A stretch of 63,946 nucleotides of DNA, filler included, from Lenisia limosa (Eukaryota; Protista; Breviatea): assembly GCA_001655205.1 (NCBI GenBank). It is 13 parts of 13 records of this genome, joined end to end, with 100 filler letters (N's around TTAATTAATTAA, not from the genome) between each part and the next. Parts side by side here need not be neighbours in the genome. Positions count along the whole stretch, not along the records: positions 28,596 to 41,250 come from LPNZ01002758.1; positions 41,351 to 42,672 come from LPNZ01004838.1; positions 42,773 to 44,624 come from LPNZ01005091.1; positions 44,725 to 46,517 come from LPNZ01005497.1; positions 46,618 to 51,888 come from LPNZ01004240.1; 8 more parts are not named here. One strand, written 5' to 3'. The position numbers and the translations under genes are program-made. Shown piece by piece: positions 37,767-49,600 of the stretch (positions are counted from its first letter, which is position 1; every line of letters starts with the position of its first letter). The notes under the pieces are model-generated. The model made no database searches and was not told where the DNA came from. It was given only the letters and a program-made list of their open reading frames with translations.

Positions 37767-40171
37767 CAACATGTTCATTTTGAGGAGCACTCTTCTGCTT
37801 CTTAGCATTTGGTTTATTGTGTAGGAGGGCTGATAGGTGATTGACAGATCTGTCACTGGTGGATTAACAATTCAGTGGTCTTTTTGATAGTGATCCCACC
37901 TCCTCGTCTGAGCCTGAAAACGGTTTGCCTGCTTCTTCATTTCATATTATCTACATGATAACATGTATTATTTTGTTGCAACAGTTTTATATGATCCTTC
38001 CCTTTTGCAATCCTCTTGTGCTGCTTTGAGATAGAGATGGAACTGGTTTTTTATTCAATCACTCTTCTGGCTCACAATTCAGACTCAGCTCTCAAGAAAC
38101 TTTGCACCGCACTTCTAAACAAGAAAGATGTTGGTTATTTTCTTGAAAATCTCCAGTGAATTGAATTATAGCTACTGTTTCACACCATTTCTAACTCTTT
38201 TTATCATCAAGAAATAAAATGGAGTTCAAAAACGATTCTTCCTAAATGTCCACTTTTTCCTTTTTAGACAAGATCTTGTTGATGTGGTATATCTATGTAG
38301 CACGCGATATCATTACGCTTTAGAAATATGCTCAAACCTTTTCCAGCTATTTCTTAGATCCCGAAGAATATGATACCACCAACTTCAGGCCTGAGGTAAA
38401 GAACTTGTTGTTTCCATAGTAGTTTCATATTTACCGTTTAAAGGTTTCGGTCACATTGCAAAATGATGCGACACTTCAAAACTTGAACTCTCTTGACTGT
38501 TCAAAAGAAGCTGAAGCCAAGGCTTCCCAAGGCGATATGCTCAGTCTTATGCAGTGTGTCACTGATAACGAAATAATCCATCGTGTAAGAGACATTCACC
38601 TTCCTCACCACCAGGTTTTGAGTCGCTCTCCAAATGACGTTGTTCTAAAGTACCTTAAAGTGTTACCAATCAATGCAGAATTCGTGGGACATTGATGTGA
38701 TTTTGCGTTGTTCTTATTTGGACACTCTTCTCATCTTCAGGTCAAATTAGTACACAATCCGCGAATCATGCAATTTTTGGTTTTGTTAGATCCACAATTT
38801 GCCAAAAACAAGAGTGTATGTTGTACTATTGATAAATAATTACAATGACTCATCCTATAGGTTGTGTCAGCAATCAAGTACTTTGCACTCCAAAATGTGT
38901 TATCAGACAACTCTTTGATTGTTCAAGCTATTAATCAACATTCACTTCAGGTATGGTGATTGGAAGTTTAAGGAAGTTAAGCTCACATTCACAGTACAAC
39001 CCTACACTAGCAAACATCACATTTGAGGCTCTGAAGTCAAACAATTATCGATTTGTTGTCGATGTTATGAACGCGGGTCTTCAAATGACAAATAAAAAGA
39101 TGGAGGTTTGTCATCACTGACACTTAGCTTACAATTTAGGATTACACGTTTTCACAGGAGTTCTGGAACACAGTTCAAGAAAAAGTTTTGCGATTTGAAG
39201 GTCTTGATGTGCACTTTCTATTTGAAGCTTTGGCCACAAGCTTGATACCTTTTGATTCAATGGTAAGTGTTACAATTTGTTATTGTGTAGTGGCTGATTT
39301 ATGAGGTAACTGAGAATGAAGAATTTGGCCGTAACATTATTTCGTGGACAGCAGGAAACTCACAAGTTGGTTAATTCTGGTCTTTATCCCTCAGAAAAAC
39401 ACGCGTCCTCTTCAGACTGCTTTAAATAATGGGCATTACAAACTGTTAACTGATTTAACGGAAGTGTTCAAATCTGAAGTCAAGAGGAGGGACCAAGTTT
39501 GCTGGTATCAGATATGATGTTGTTTATTCTCTAAATACATGCAGGAAGTATTTGAATATAAGATGATATAGTATTCCATTGCTGCACCTTACTACTACCA
39601 TTCCTTCTTTTTGACGCAAAAGAAAGGTCGTTCACTTCTTCAAACTGCTGTTGCAACAAGCTCCCTCAAGATAGTGAAGTTTATTCACCAATTAGGAATG
39701 GACATCAATGAGAAGACTTCCGTATGTTGATACCAACTTGTCAAAAAATTTGTCTCAAAATAATTCTTATGTCAATTAAGGATGGCGATTCTCTCCTGCA
39801 TCTTGCTGGGCACAATTCAAGAGAAGTTACAGAGTATCTTCTCAATTGTGGAGTGAACATCAACCATGCCAACCGTGTAGGATGACTATGTCCTATCCCG
39901 TTTTTAAAATGTCAAATTTGTGTATGGCATCTTTTTATGAATGACCAATCAAGAGGTATATGATATACATTTGGGCCAATCTCTTCAAGTTTCAAGTTTC
40001 CAGTGGAAGAGTACCGCGCTTCACTACGCTGCCAAAAATGGTCGCACAGACATTTGTCACCTTTTGATTGAGGCTGGAGCGAAGCAAGAACGACCACTTT
40101 CCTTTTGGGGACGGATAACGGTGAGAAATGACGTTTGGGATCGAATCACTCACCAAGTAGGGACACCATGA
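37767..40171 (+). CDS. Ankyrin-repeat protein (C-terminal ANK repeats), many exons
   Basis: GRSLLQTAVATSSLKIVKFIPQLGMDINEKT, DGDSLLHLAGHNSREVTEYLLNCGVNINHAN and STALHYAAKNGRTDICHLLIEAGAK are ANK consensus repeats; stop at 40171. Start position uncertain. Confidence 0.8.
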
Positions 40172-40448
40172 GTCCCCATCTGACTTAGCAAAAAGCAATG
40201 GACACACTGACACTTTCCGATATCTTCAGAGGCAGCTGGAAATAGTCCTCACTTCAATGTAACCGTTTGATGAATGTCAAGGGGCAATTGTTTTCTTCCT
40301 GCTTGACACATACAAGGACCAATAAGACAATAAACAGTCTCGGGGTGTTTCCGAGGTAATAGGAGGTTCTGTGGTATTCAAAACACACTTCTTACTCACA
40401 CAAAGAACGTTGATAACATATAGTAACTTAAAATCATAAAACATAAAA

Positions 40449-41184
40449 CTATTCAAGATCGGGGAAAAGTGGTACGTTGTTCTCTCTGTGTTTGCACTTC
40501 TCATACTGAACTTCAATAAGAGCAGTTTTTCAACTAAAACAGTACAACAATACAAATACTCTGATATGCTATTATGATCTACCATGATAGTAGGCGATAT
40601 ACACTGTATATACTATATGATATATCCTATATATCCTATATTATATATTATATCTAGATGATATTCACATACTATATGATAGATATAATCACATACTATT
40701 ATTGAAACCAACAGGTGTGTCTTGTCAATATTCTCTCTAATAAGTAGTGGGACTTGTACGATGTAGATTTGAATAAATACATTAACGTGTTTGTAGTCCC
40801 CCCCCCCCCACAGTTGACACAACATCTTTGTGGAGATCTTCGATAGATTGACAAGCATTGAGCATCTGAAAAGGGTTGGAGGCATAATAAAACACTAATG
40901 GTCCATATAAATTATCCAGTGCAACGCAGTGGTGCGTTGAAAAAAGAGAGAACGAAATGTCAAAACAATGCCAAAATGAAGAGACCGGAAACGGCCGATT
41001 CCTTACCTGCCAGTTTTCTGCTTTCATGGAGTGGAATGTATTCTGAAATGTGAGTCATATGATATCATACACATAGCACACAGAATTAAAGTCCGCAATA
41101 CGTATATGGTAGTCTGGAAGTCGATGTTCTCGTAGCGCTCAGCTCCATAGTCCCCTCTTTTGGCAGCCTCTTCTGGGGTAATTT
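40449..41184 (-). CDS. DTYMK: Thymidylate (dTMP) kinase, C-terminal exons (5' lost at scaffold edge)
   Basis: EITPEEAAKRGDYGAERYENIDFQTTIY|NTFHSMKAENWQ|MLNACQSIEDLHKDVVST matches the eukaryotic dTMP kinase lid and C-terminus (AAKRG.FG.ERYE..FQ, ..DA..SIE.VH). Last exon tentative. Confidence 0.85.
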
Positions 41185-41438
41185 CTGCGAACGTAGTAAG
41201 AAAAGCAGGTGGCCACATCAGTATACTCTAAAATAACACTACCATGTCAANNNNNNNNNNNNNNNNNNNNNNNNNNNNNNNNNNNNNNNNNNNNTTAATT
41301 AATTAANNNNNNNNNNNNNNNNNNNNNNNNNNNNNNNNNNNNNNNNNNNNAGCTTGAATCGACTTCTCTTTCTTCTCTTTCTCTTTCTTTTCTTTCTTTC
41401 TTTGAATTTTTTTAATTTTTTTTGTTTTTACTTCTGTA

Positions 41439-42672
41439 GAGGAAATTAACTCTGCCGTTATGAAGCTTGAATCGAAGCTTGACAGTCTCCCTTCAGTTAC
41501 CGAATTCCAAGTCATGCAGGACAATACGGTTTGAGGGTTGGGATGACGATGACGATGACGATGATGATGAGGTTGTCAAACATCGATCCAAAAAATCAAG
41601 ATAAAAAGCACATTAATCTCTGACGAGTGTAGATTGCCAGCTGTAAGAAGGAGTCCTCCGCCGCCGCCAAACGCGTCGTGGGTTTTGGGGAATTGTAGAA
41701 TTGTGTCTATTGAAACTTGGCTCATAAGGGCTTGTTTGTTGTTGTGGGTTTTGGGACAATGTTGTTGGAAGGATACACTGACCGCGATCTTGACCGATAT
41801 TGAGCTTTATAGATACTATAATTCAATATCTCTTATAAGCGTAATGTTATGTACGGTTTCGGTCAGATACAACCTTATCTTAATTCTCATCTCTCAGTAT
41901 CTATTAACCATTAACCACTGCAGTCGAAAGGCGTCAATGTGGCCAACAAGGAGATCTATAGCGCCCTTCAGAGTCTCATGGCTGAAATGGAAGACTTGAA
42001 ACAGGGACTGGTGCGGGGGGGGGGGGGNNNNNNNNNNNNNNNNNNNNNNNNNNNNNNNNNNNNNNNNNNNNNNNNNNNNNNNNNNNNNNNNNNNNNNNNN
42101 NNNNNNNNNNNNNNNNNNNNNNNNNNNNNNNNNNNNNNNNNNNNNNNNNNNNNNNNNNATCCTCACAATTTAGAACATGTCTGCCTCCCTGAAACTCCAA
42201 ACAGACCCGAAACCTTCGGTAAGCCCACACTCAAAATTGAGATATTTCAGTTGTTGTATAAGAGTTTATATTTCGCTTTCTGTAAAATAGAGCTTATATT
42301 TCGGTTTCTTTAAAATAGAACTTTAACTTCGTTTATTGTAAAATAGAGAGTTACTTTCAGTTCCAAAAAGACCAAACTGTCGATAAATCCTCATAAATAT
42401 GATCTGTGCGGATAAGTAAAACAAGGACCTTTTCCTTTCACTATTAATATCCCCCATAGATTTCAGCTGAGGAAGTAACCTCGATGATTGCCTCCAGAAT
42501 TCAGGAGCTCAAAGTGGGGATTGGAGGAAGGAGCTCAAATACAAGTCATTCCTTCTTTTTCATTTCTTCTTTTCCACCTCTTCTATTTCACCTCTTCTAT
42601 TTCACCGTTAAAGGCAACCCTCCCCACCCTTTCGGCTCCTCAGACCCCTTCCGAGCCTCGATACTACGATCA
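41439..42672 (+). CDS. Coiled-coil protein, internal fragment
   Basis: Exons EEINSAVMKLESKLDSLPSVTEFQVMQDNT, SKGVNVANKEIYSALQSLMAEMEDLKQGL, NMSASLKLQTDPKPS and AEEVTSMIASRIQELK. Confidence 0.5.
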
Positions 42673-42772
42673 NNNNNNNNNNNNNNNNNNNNNNNNNNNN
42701 NNNNNNNNNNNNNNNNTTAATTAATTAANNNNNNNNNNNNNNNNNNNNNNNNNNNNNNNNNNNNNNNNNNNN

Positions 42773-44597
42773 GAAGAATGGAGGTCCGGGTCAGGTCAAT
42801 GACAAATGCTTCGTTGTTGGAAGATCCGCAGAGCACGTGACCGGTTGGAGAGTAGTCGACAGCTCGGACCGAGGGGCGGAACACTGACGGCAACTACCAT
42901 ATTATAAAAGTGTTTTGAGGGGAATTACTATATAAGATAGTGCTATGAAGGTAACTACCATATAAGGAAGGGATTATGAAGTTAACTACCACATTAAGAA
43001 AGTGCTATCAAGGAAACTCAGATAACTACCATCAGGAAAGTGCTTTGAAGGAAACTACCAGATAAGGAAGTGCTGTGAATAAACGTAATATTATTTTAGG
43101 TCAATACATCGGCACAGAATTCGAATTGGGTCACGGGTTTTAACTTTAATATACTATATATTTTAACGACTTTCCCAGGCCTCAAATTGAGTCACAGGTT
43201 TGAACTTTCTGTCGAACATGGCATATTTCATATTTCATATCATATAGCTATGTATATTTTTAACGACTTGTCCCAGACCTCAAATTGAGTCACTGGTTTG
43301 AACTTTCTGTCGTATACGGCCACACGTCCGTCTCTTCTGCCCGTGATAACACCCTGTTGCCCGCTCCAAATGGAATGCACTGGGCTAGGGAGGGTAAGAG
43401 TGGAAATTGCGATGATGGGATGGGGTAGAGGTTAGGGGTAAAACGAAGGATGATATATGAAACAAAAAACCCAGAATCTCTGTTGGCTTGCATTTGTGAA
43501 ATATACAAGGATTGAGAACAGCAAAATCCCTCCTGCAAAACACATAAGTCATCATCATCTAACCCATTCTCTACCCCCATCCTTTCCCGTATATTTTATC
43601 ACCCCCCCCCCCCCANNNNNNNNNNNNNNNNNNNNNNNNNNNNNNNNNNNNNNNNNNNNNNNNNNNNNNNNNNNNNNNNNNNNNNNNNNNNNNNNNNNNN
43701 NNNNNNNNNNNNNNNNNNNNNNNNNNNNNNNNNNNNNNNNNNNNNNNNNNNNNNNNNNNNNNNNNNNNNNNNNNNNNNNNNNNNNNNNNNNNNNNNNNNN
43801 NNNNNNNNNNNNNNNNNNCTATTGGCTGACAAACACACACAAGTTAAAAACAACAAAAACAAAGCCCAGCATAGTTGCTTCTGCAACATCCCATTCCCGT
43901 GTGGGCATTTATTAGATACTATGCATACATATATCATATGCATATGAAAGGGGGTGAGATACAAAAGAAGAAAGGTTGTATCTGACCGAAGCCGTCCACA
44001 TCATCACGCTATATTGAATTATTGTCTCATATCAATTCACCCAATCATTTGCCCTCCTCCCAGAATAATAAAAAGGAAGCTTTCATGAACATTCACATTC
44101 ACAAAAAAAATATCACAAAATACAACAATACAACTAGACACAACCACATAGTGATTGATATATTTACATTCTTGTTCGCTAAACAGCCACATAGTGTATC
44201 CATTCCCCAATCATTTACCCTCCCCCCTCTCTTTCATAAGCTAATTGTGGCCTCCCTCCCACTTCTGAGAATGCGACGCATAGAATGGATTGAATCTCAG
44301 CTTTCTTGCCAAAGATGCCCTTCGAACTGAAATGTCAGAAATGGCCTTGATAGAAAATGTCTGGCCATTGGTATTATAAAATGCCCAAGCATTGGACTAA
44401 AATGGACCTGATAATGGAGTTGGACTTCACTTCGGTCCGAAAAAGACCAGTAAAATATCAATATTTATCGAGATTATTCCGTACTACCCCCCCCCCCACC
44501 CCTCCAGTGTGCTAGTTGACCACTTCCAGAATTTGACATGCTTGACACCCACAGTAACGACTTGAGGCTCGGAGGGATGGAAGGCCAGACCAAAGAT
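42773..44597 (-). CDS. Echinoderm microtubule-associated protein-like (EML5/6-type) WD40 protein, internal fragment
   Basis: IFGLAFHPSEPQVVTVGVKHVKFW, SKGIFGKKAEIQSILCVAFSE, VHSIWSGQQGVITGRRDGRVAVYD and PSVRAVDYSPTGHVLCGSSNNEAFVIDL follow the EML TAPE-domain motif order (GVKHIKFW, GIFGK, PSIRAI). Confidence 0.82.
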
Positions 44598-44734
44598 CTG
44601 AGGGTGTAAAGCACTATATAGCTANNNNNNNNNNNNNNNNNNNNNNNNNNNNNNNNNNNNNNNNNNNNTTAATTAATTAANNNNNNNNNNNNNNNNNNNN
44701 NNNNNNNNNNNNNNNNNNNNNNNNATTGTACACC

Positions 44735-45850
44735 TTAGGACGAAATATGGCTTGCGAAGATAGGGAGGAAATATGAATTGCGAAACAGATGCCATAATAT
44801 ACGACATGACATGCACTCTGACCGCAATAAGTCAAATAACAAGTGTTTCAGGATACTATACTGAATAATCATATGATACAGTATTGAAATAGTATATATA
44901 TGATATATAATTATATGTAACATGTATGTACACTACATACTTGTATTTTACTCTAGTAAATATGAGAAACTATATGATATACATTTCATATAAATACATA
45001 CCAAGTGGGAAGAAAGTCGGGACTTCCTTGGACTCTTCATTGTCGGAAACGGGGACATTTTCAGGCTGTTTGAAAACCTGAAAAATTTGAGTGTTTTGAA
45101 TCTTCGAAAGTTGCAGGATCACGTTTGGATCGTCAGTAAGCCCTAATTATTTTGTAATTGTTTTGATAATTGTGATAATACTATGACTATTTGAATACTT
45201 GGTCAATATTATGGACATTATGCTGGGAACCTTGAGCATATGTATAAGTGTTTCCTAGATTTCTAATGTATAGTATTTCCAAACAAAGACATTATGCCAG
45301 GCCAATAAGAGTGTTTTAAATCTTTGTTAAGGGGTGTATTATTAGGGCTTCACTTCGGTTCAAAAAAAGACTGAATTTCTCGATAAATCCTCAAAAACTA
45401 TCGATTCCAGTCTTTTTCGAACCGAAGTGAAGCCCTCAGTATTATTAATAAAATACCAAGCGGTAAATACTTGGAAAATATGAGTGATAAAAACCTGAAA
45501 CATTGAGAGTGACTACACGATCAAGTTACTCCCCCTATCCCACAACCACAAAATCAACACCCACTCTTCCCTCTCACTCCACAACTAATCAGCCCATCCC
45601 TAACCCAAAAAAAACAGCCATCCACTCCTCCAAACCTGGTCAGGGAAAATGGCCAGGGCTGTAAACTGAAAAAACCAAATACTATTCATTCCCCCCTCCT
45701 TTCCTCCAAACCTGGTCAAGTGGCTTTGGTGAGAGCATTTCCTTGCTATTGACTGAAATGGCTAGGTCTGTGGCTGCCCTATGAAGGGCCTGCTTACTTG
45801 GAGCCTGAGAACGCTGCGAGGCGCGCGAATCAATTATACGGCTAAAACGG
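44735..45850 (-). CDS. Hypothetical multi-exon fragment
   Basis: Candidate exons IIDSRASQRSQAPSKQALHRAATDLAISVNSKEML, GLTDDPNVILQLSKIQNTQIFQVFKQPENVPVSDNEESKEVPTFFPL and VHVMSYIMASVSQFIFPPYLRKPYFVL. Confidence 0.35.
45343..45437. mobile_element. MITE family A copy
   Basis: Near-perfect TIRs; flanking 8-mers tgtattat / agtattat (7/8). Confidence 0.92.
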
Positions 45851-46140
45851 GTCAATTTAAGTTGATTATTATGAATGACGCAATAGGTCAATTAAAGTTA
45901 ACTATTAGGCTAAAATGGGTCAATTTAAGTAACGGGTAAATTTAAGTTAATTATGAGGCAAAATTGTTCAATTTAAGTTGATAATGCGGCTAAAATGGTT
46001 CAATATAAAATTAATTATGACGTTAAAGTTGAGTTGAATCAATTATACAACCAGTGTTGCGTTCATAATGCGGTTAAAATTAGGTTAAATTAAGTAAATT
46101 AAATAAATACGAAAAACTGAACATTATACGGCCAAAATTT
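45840..46140. repeat. Imperfect AT-rich tandem repeat (~30 bp unit)
   Basis: ggctaaaa(c/t)gggtcaatttaagttgattatt and variants, repeated about 8 times. Confidence 0.7.
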
Positions 46141-46649
46141 TATATTATATGGCTAAAAAATGCAACGTGGGAGGAATCAATAATGTATAATGGGTCAAAT
46201 TGTGTTATACAACAAAAATAACAACAACAACAAAAATAACAACATTAACCCCCCATACTTCATAAAAGAAGGCAAGGGTGGCAACTCGGAACCAGCTGGG
46301 ACAACCAGGCCATCCTGGGAGGTTAATCTGAGTCAACCTTGCCCGGACTTATCCCGGTCACTGTGTATCCCCCCCTCTATTCACAAACATTACCCCCACA
46401 CCCTGGTTTGAATCGGGGTGGCAGAGCGCTTGGACGCCAGAATGATATTTGTCAGCTGAGTGGTGGTCTTATTGAGGCCTGTTTCTACCTGCGCGCTTTG
46501 CTGTTGGGGAGGGGGGGNNNNNNNNNNNNNNNNNNNNNNNNNNNNNNNNNNNNNNNNNNNNTTAATTAATTAANNNNNNNNNNNNNNNNNNNNNNNNNNN
46601 NNNNNNNNNNNNNNNNNTTACCCCCCCCCCCCCATCACTGTACGCTGGA

Positions 46650-49600
46650 GTGATGGGATGCGGTACTGCAGAAGCGATTGGCCTGGGCTTTGTTTTTTTG
46701 TTTTGTTTGATTTTAGGGTATTTTTGTTTCATCACTTTACAGTTTTACACACTCTCCTCTCACCCCTATGCTTTTTCTAAATTCTGACAACCTAGTCCGA
46801 GTCCACACACCCAACTCTACTGGTGATAGAAGGTAAACGCGCGTTAGGAACCTCTGCAGTTGCCAGCATTGTTCCAGATGTCATTAAGAACATTTGCTCC
46901 GATCAAATCTTCACTCCAATCGTGGGGGGGGGGGGGTNNNNNNNNNNNNNNNNNNNNNNNNNNNNNNNNNNNNNNNNNNNNNNNNNNNNNNNNNNNNNNN
47001 NNNNNNNNNNNNNNNNNNNNNNNNNNNNNNNCTCCAAGTGCATCCTTCGCGTTATTGCAGGTGTGGACAGGGGGGCGGCCCTTTTGTGCGCAATGGGTCA
47101 ATACCCCACGTTTTGGAACATTGATAACAGTATTCACACCTGCAGAAATCATCACCACTACCAAATTATCATCATCGTCACCGCCACCGCCACCACCATC
47201 GTCACAACCTTTAGGAAGTTTCTGTCATGTCATCTGCTTCTCGTCACCATAGCCTTGGCTTCCTAGGATGCATTATCCGCAACATATGCACACAGCTCAG
47301 GGTCATTGATAGTTCTTTGGTTGGCTTTTTTAACAGATTGAGGAATTTATTAATAATGTTAGCAAAAAATGTATTGAAGTTAAGGGGTTGAGGGGGATAA
47401 TGACTTAGTGATCAGATAACTGAACTTCTCAATAAATCTTGGTTATTTTTCGAAAGCTTGCCAATCTTTTGTGTACCAGTGCGAATCCATACACCTTACC
47501 TTTCAGGCGTTTTCGATTATTTGCCACATGGTTGAGAGAGTGGGCAGCAAAATCAAAGTTGGTGGAGGTTCTTTTTTTGTTTTTGTTGTTTTTGGTGTCT
47601 CGTTGTGCTTTTGATGTTTTCTTGCTGTCTCTTTCTGTTGAATATTTTCACTATCATCACCATCACCATTAACACCACTCGATCTTGACCCCTCAGACGC
47701 TTCTGCCGTCAATGCCTGACCTAAAGAACCTTCTACACAGTTTTGAGCACTTTGCCACCATTGATTCATCATGGGCTGCGTCCGTAGTAGGTGGAGAGTA
47801 CTACTTCACTCCAGTATGAAAATGATCGATAAATTATCGAAATATCTCGGTTTATCGAGAAAATGTACACATTTTCCGGCTCGGAGTGAAAACCTAGTGG
47901 ATAGTCAACAATTTTAACATGGTTTGCTTCTTATTTGCACCGCTATATAATTCTACCTCCCTCCCCAGATCACGGAGCTGATTGGAGTGACGAGTTCATC
48001 CGAGTCAACGGATGATGATGCTGAGTGGGTGGTTTTGAGAGCAATATTGTAAAACTTATCCAGTTGTACATAATTAAATTGTTTTTTTTACTTCATTGAG
48101 TTCATTTTATACTCTTTTTACAAGTCATGATATTAACTCTGTAGGCAAATCTACTTTGACTACGGAGGAAAAACTTCGTCAAATAAGGTAACTTTTTGAA
48201 ATGGCTCCATTAATAAGATGTATTACAACCTTGTCTTGTCTTGTTCTCGATCCAATAATAATATAATATTTAGCCAACAGAGTTTTTGCTCCATTATTAT
48301 TTTATTTTGTTTTTTGACTCATATATTGTCCATTTTGCCCCCCTCCCCTCATTATCGAAATTTGCTTTGTTTAACCTCTGAGATGGACCTTGTTGGTTTA
48401 GTTTTTTTATTTTCAATGTTTCCATTGTATTCCTTCCGACTTGGATTTCCTCTAGCCTTCCTCTACTTCCCTCAATGTTCCTTTCCTCTTGTAACTTCAA
48501 ATTGTAATAATATTCATAGTGACAAATAATAGTTTACTCGAATTATCTTGCCTGGACTAAGGAAGAGCCCCCCCCCCCTCAACTATTATCCACAGTTTTT
48601 CCTTCACCCCACCCCCAGGACACCTTCAACAATCTTGACCAATCAGTCGTTATCGGCGAATTATTGGCATCAATGGCCCAGGTTAGTTCAGGGTGCTACT
48701 GATATCCCAAGGCTTTCACTCCGGTCCGGGAAGGTCCGAGGAAATATCGATAGTTTTCGAGTTTTTTTCGAGACATGCAGTTTTTTTTTCTGACTGTTGA
48801 AGCCCTTGGGATATCTGTCAAAACAATATTGTTTTTACCTTCTGATAGTGTACCCCTGAACACGTCAAATTTTGGGAGAGTTGTTGGATTTCATAAATTG
48901 TCTATTTTTACCTCCTTAGAAGACTAATGGCCTTGTTTTGGTGGTGAAGGACCTGGATCATGCGCACACCGTGAGGGGGGGAGGGGGAGCGTTTAAACAG
49001 TAAATGATAAAATACAATGGTACTTTATGACGTAGTTTCCAATTGACGTTTCACTGCAAATTCACACAAAAACACTCTTACACACCTAGCTTTACATACA
49101 ATTTCACAAATACACATCATCGTGTTACATCATATATTACATTCAAACAAGCAATCTCACCAATCAGTCTCTTGCGCACTCCTTCGTGTCTTCCATAGCC
49201 TCCTACAACGCTGCGAGCCTCTTAGTTGTCGCCACCCATGCCAGCCTCAATAACAACGTAAGCAGGGGATATAAATGACCCCCCCCTAGGTTTGTATGTA
49301 CATGTACATGTGGTATATGTAGGGCTTCATTTCGGTTCGAAAAAGACCGGTAAAATATCGATTGTTTTCGAGGATATCGAGAAATTCAGTCTTTTTCGAA
49401 CCAAAGTGAAGCCCTAGGTATATGTACGATGTGGCACCAAGTCAATAGCAAAAATAGTTTTAAATGCAGCAGTGTGTTCAACAACTATTTTATTTCAGAA
49501 AAAGATGGTTAATTATTATAAACAACTAAATACAATAATTATGATGAAATATAAATAATACGGGAATCGAAAGTCACAACTATTAAGATTTTTTTTGAGT

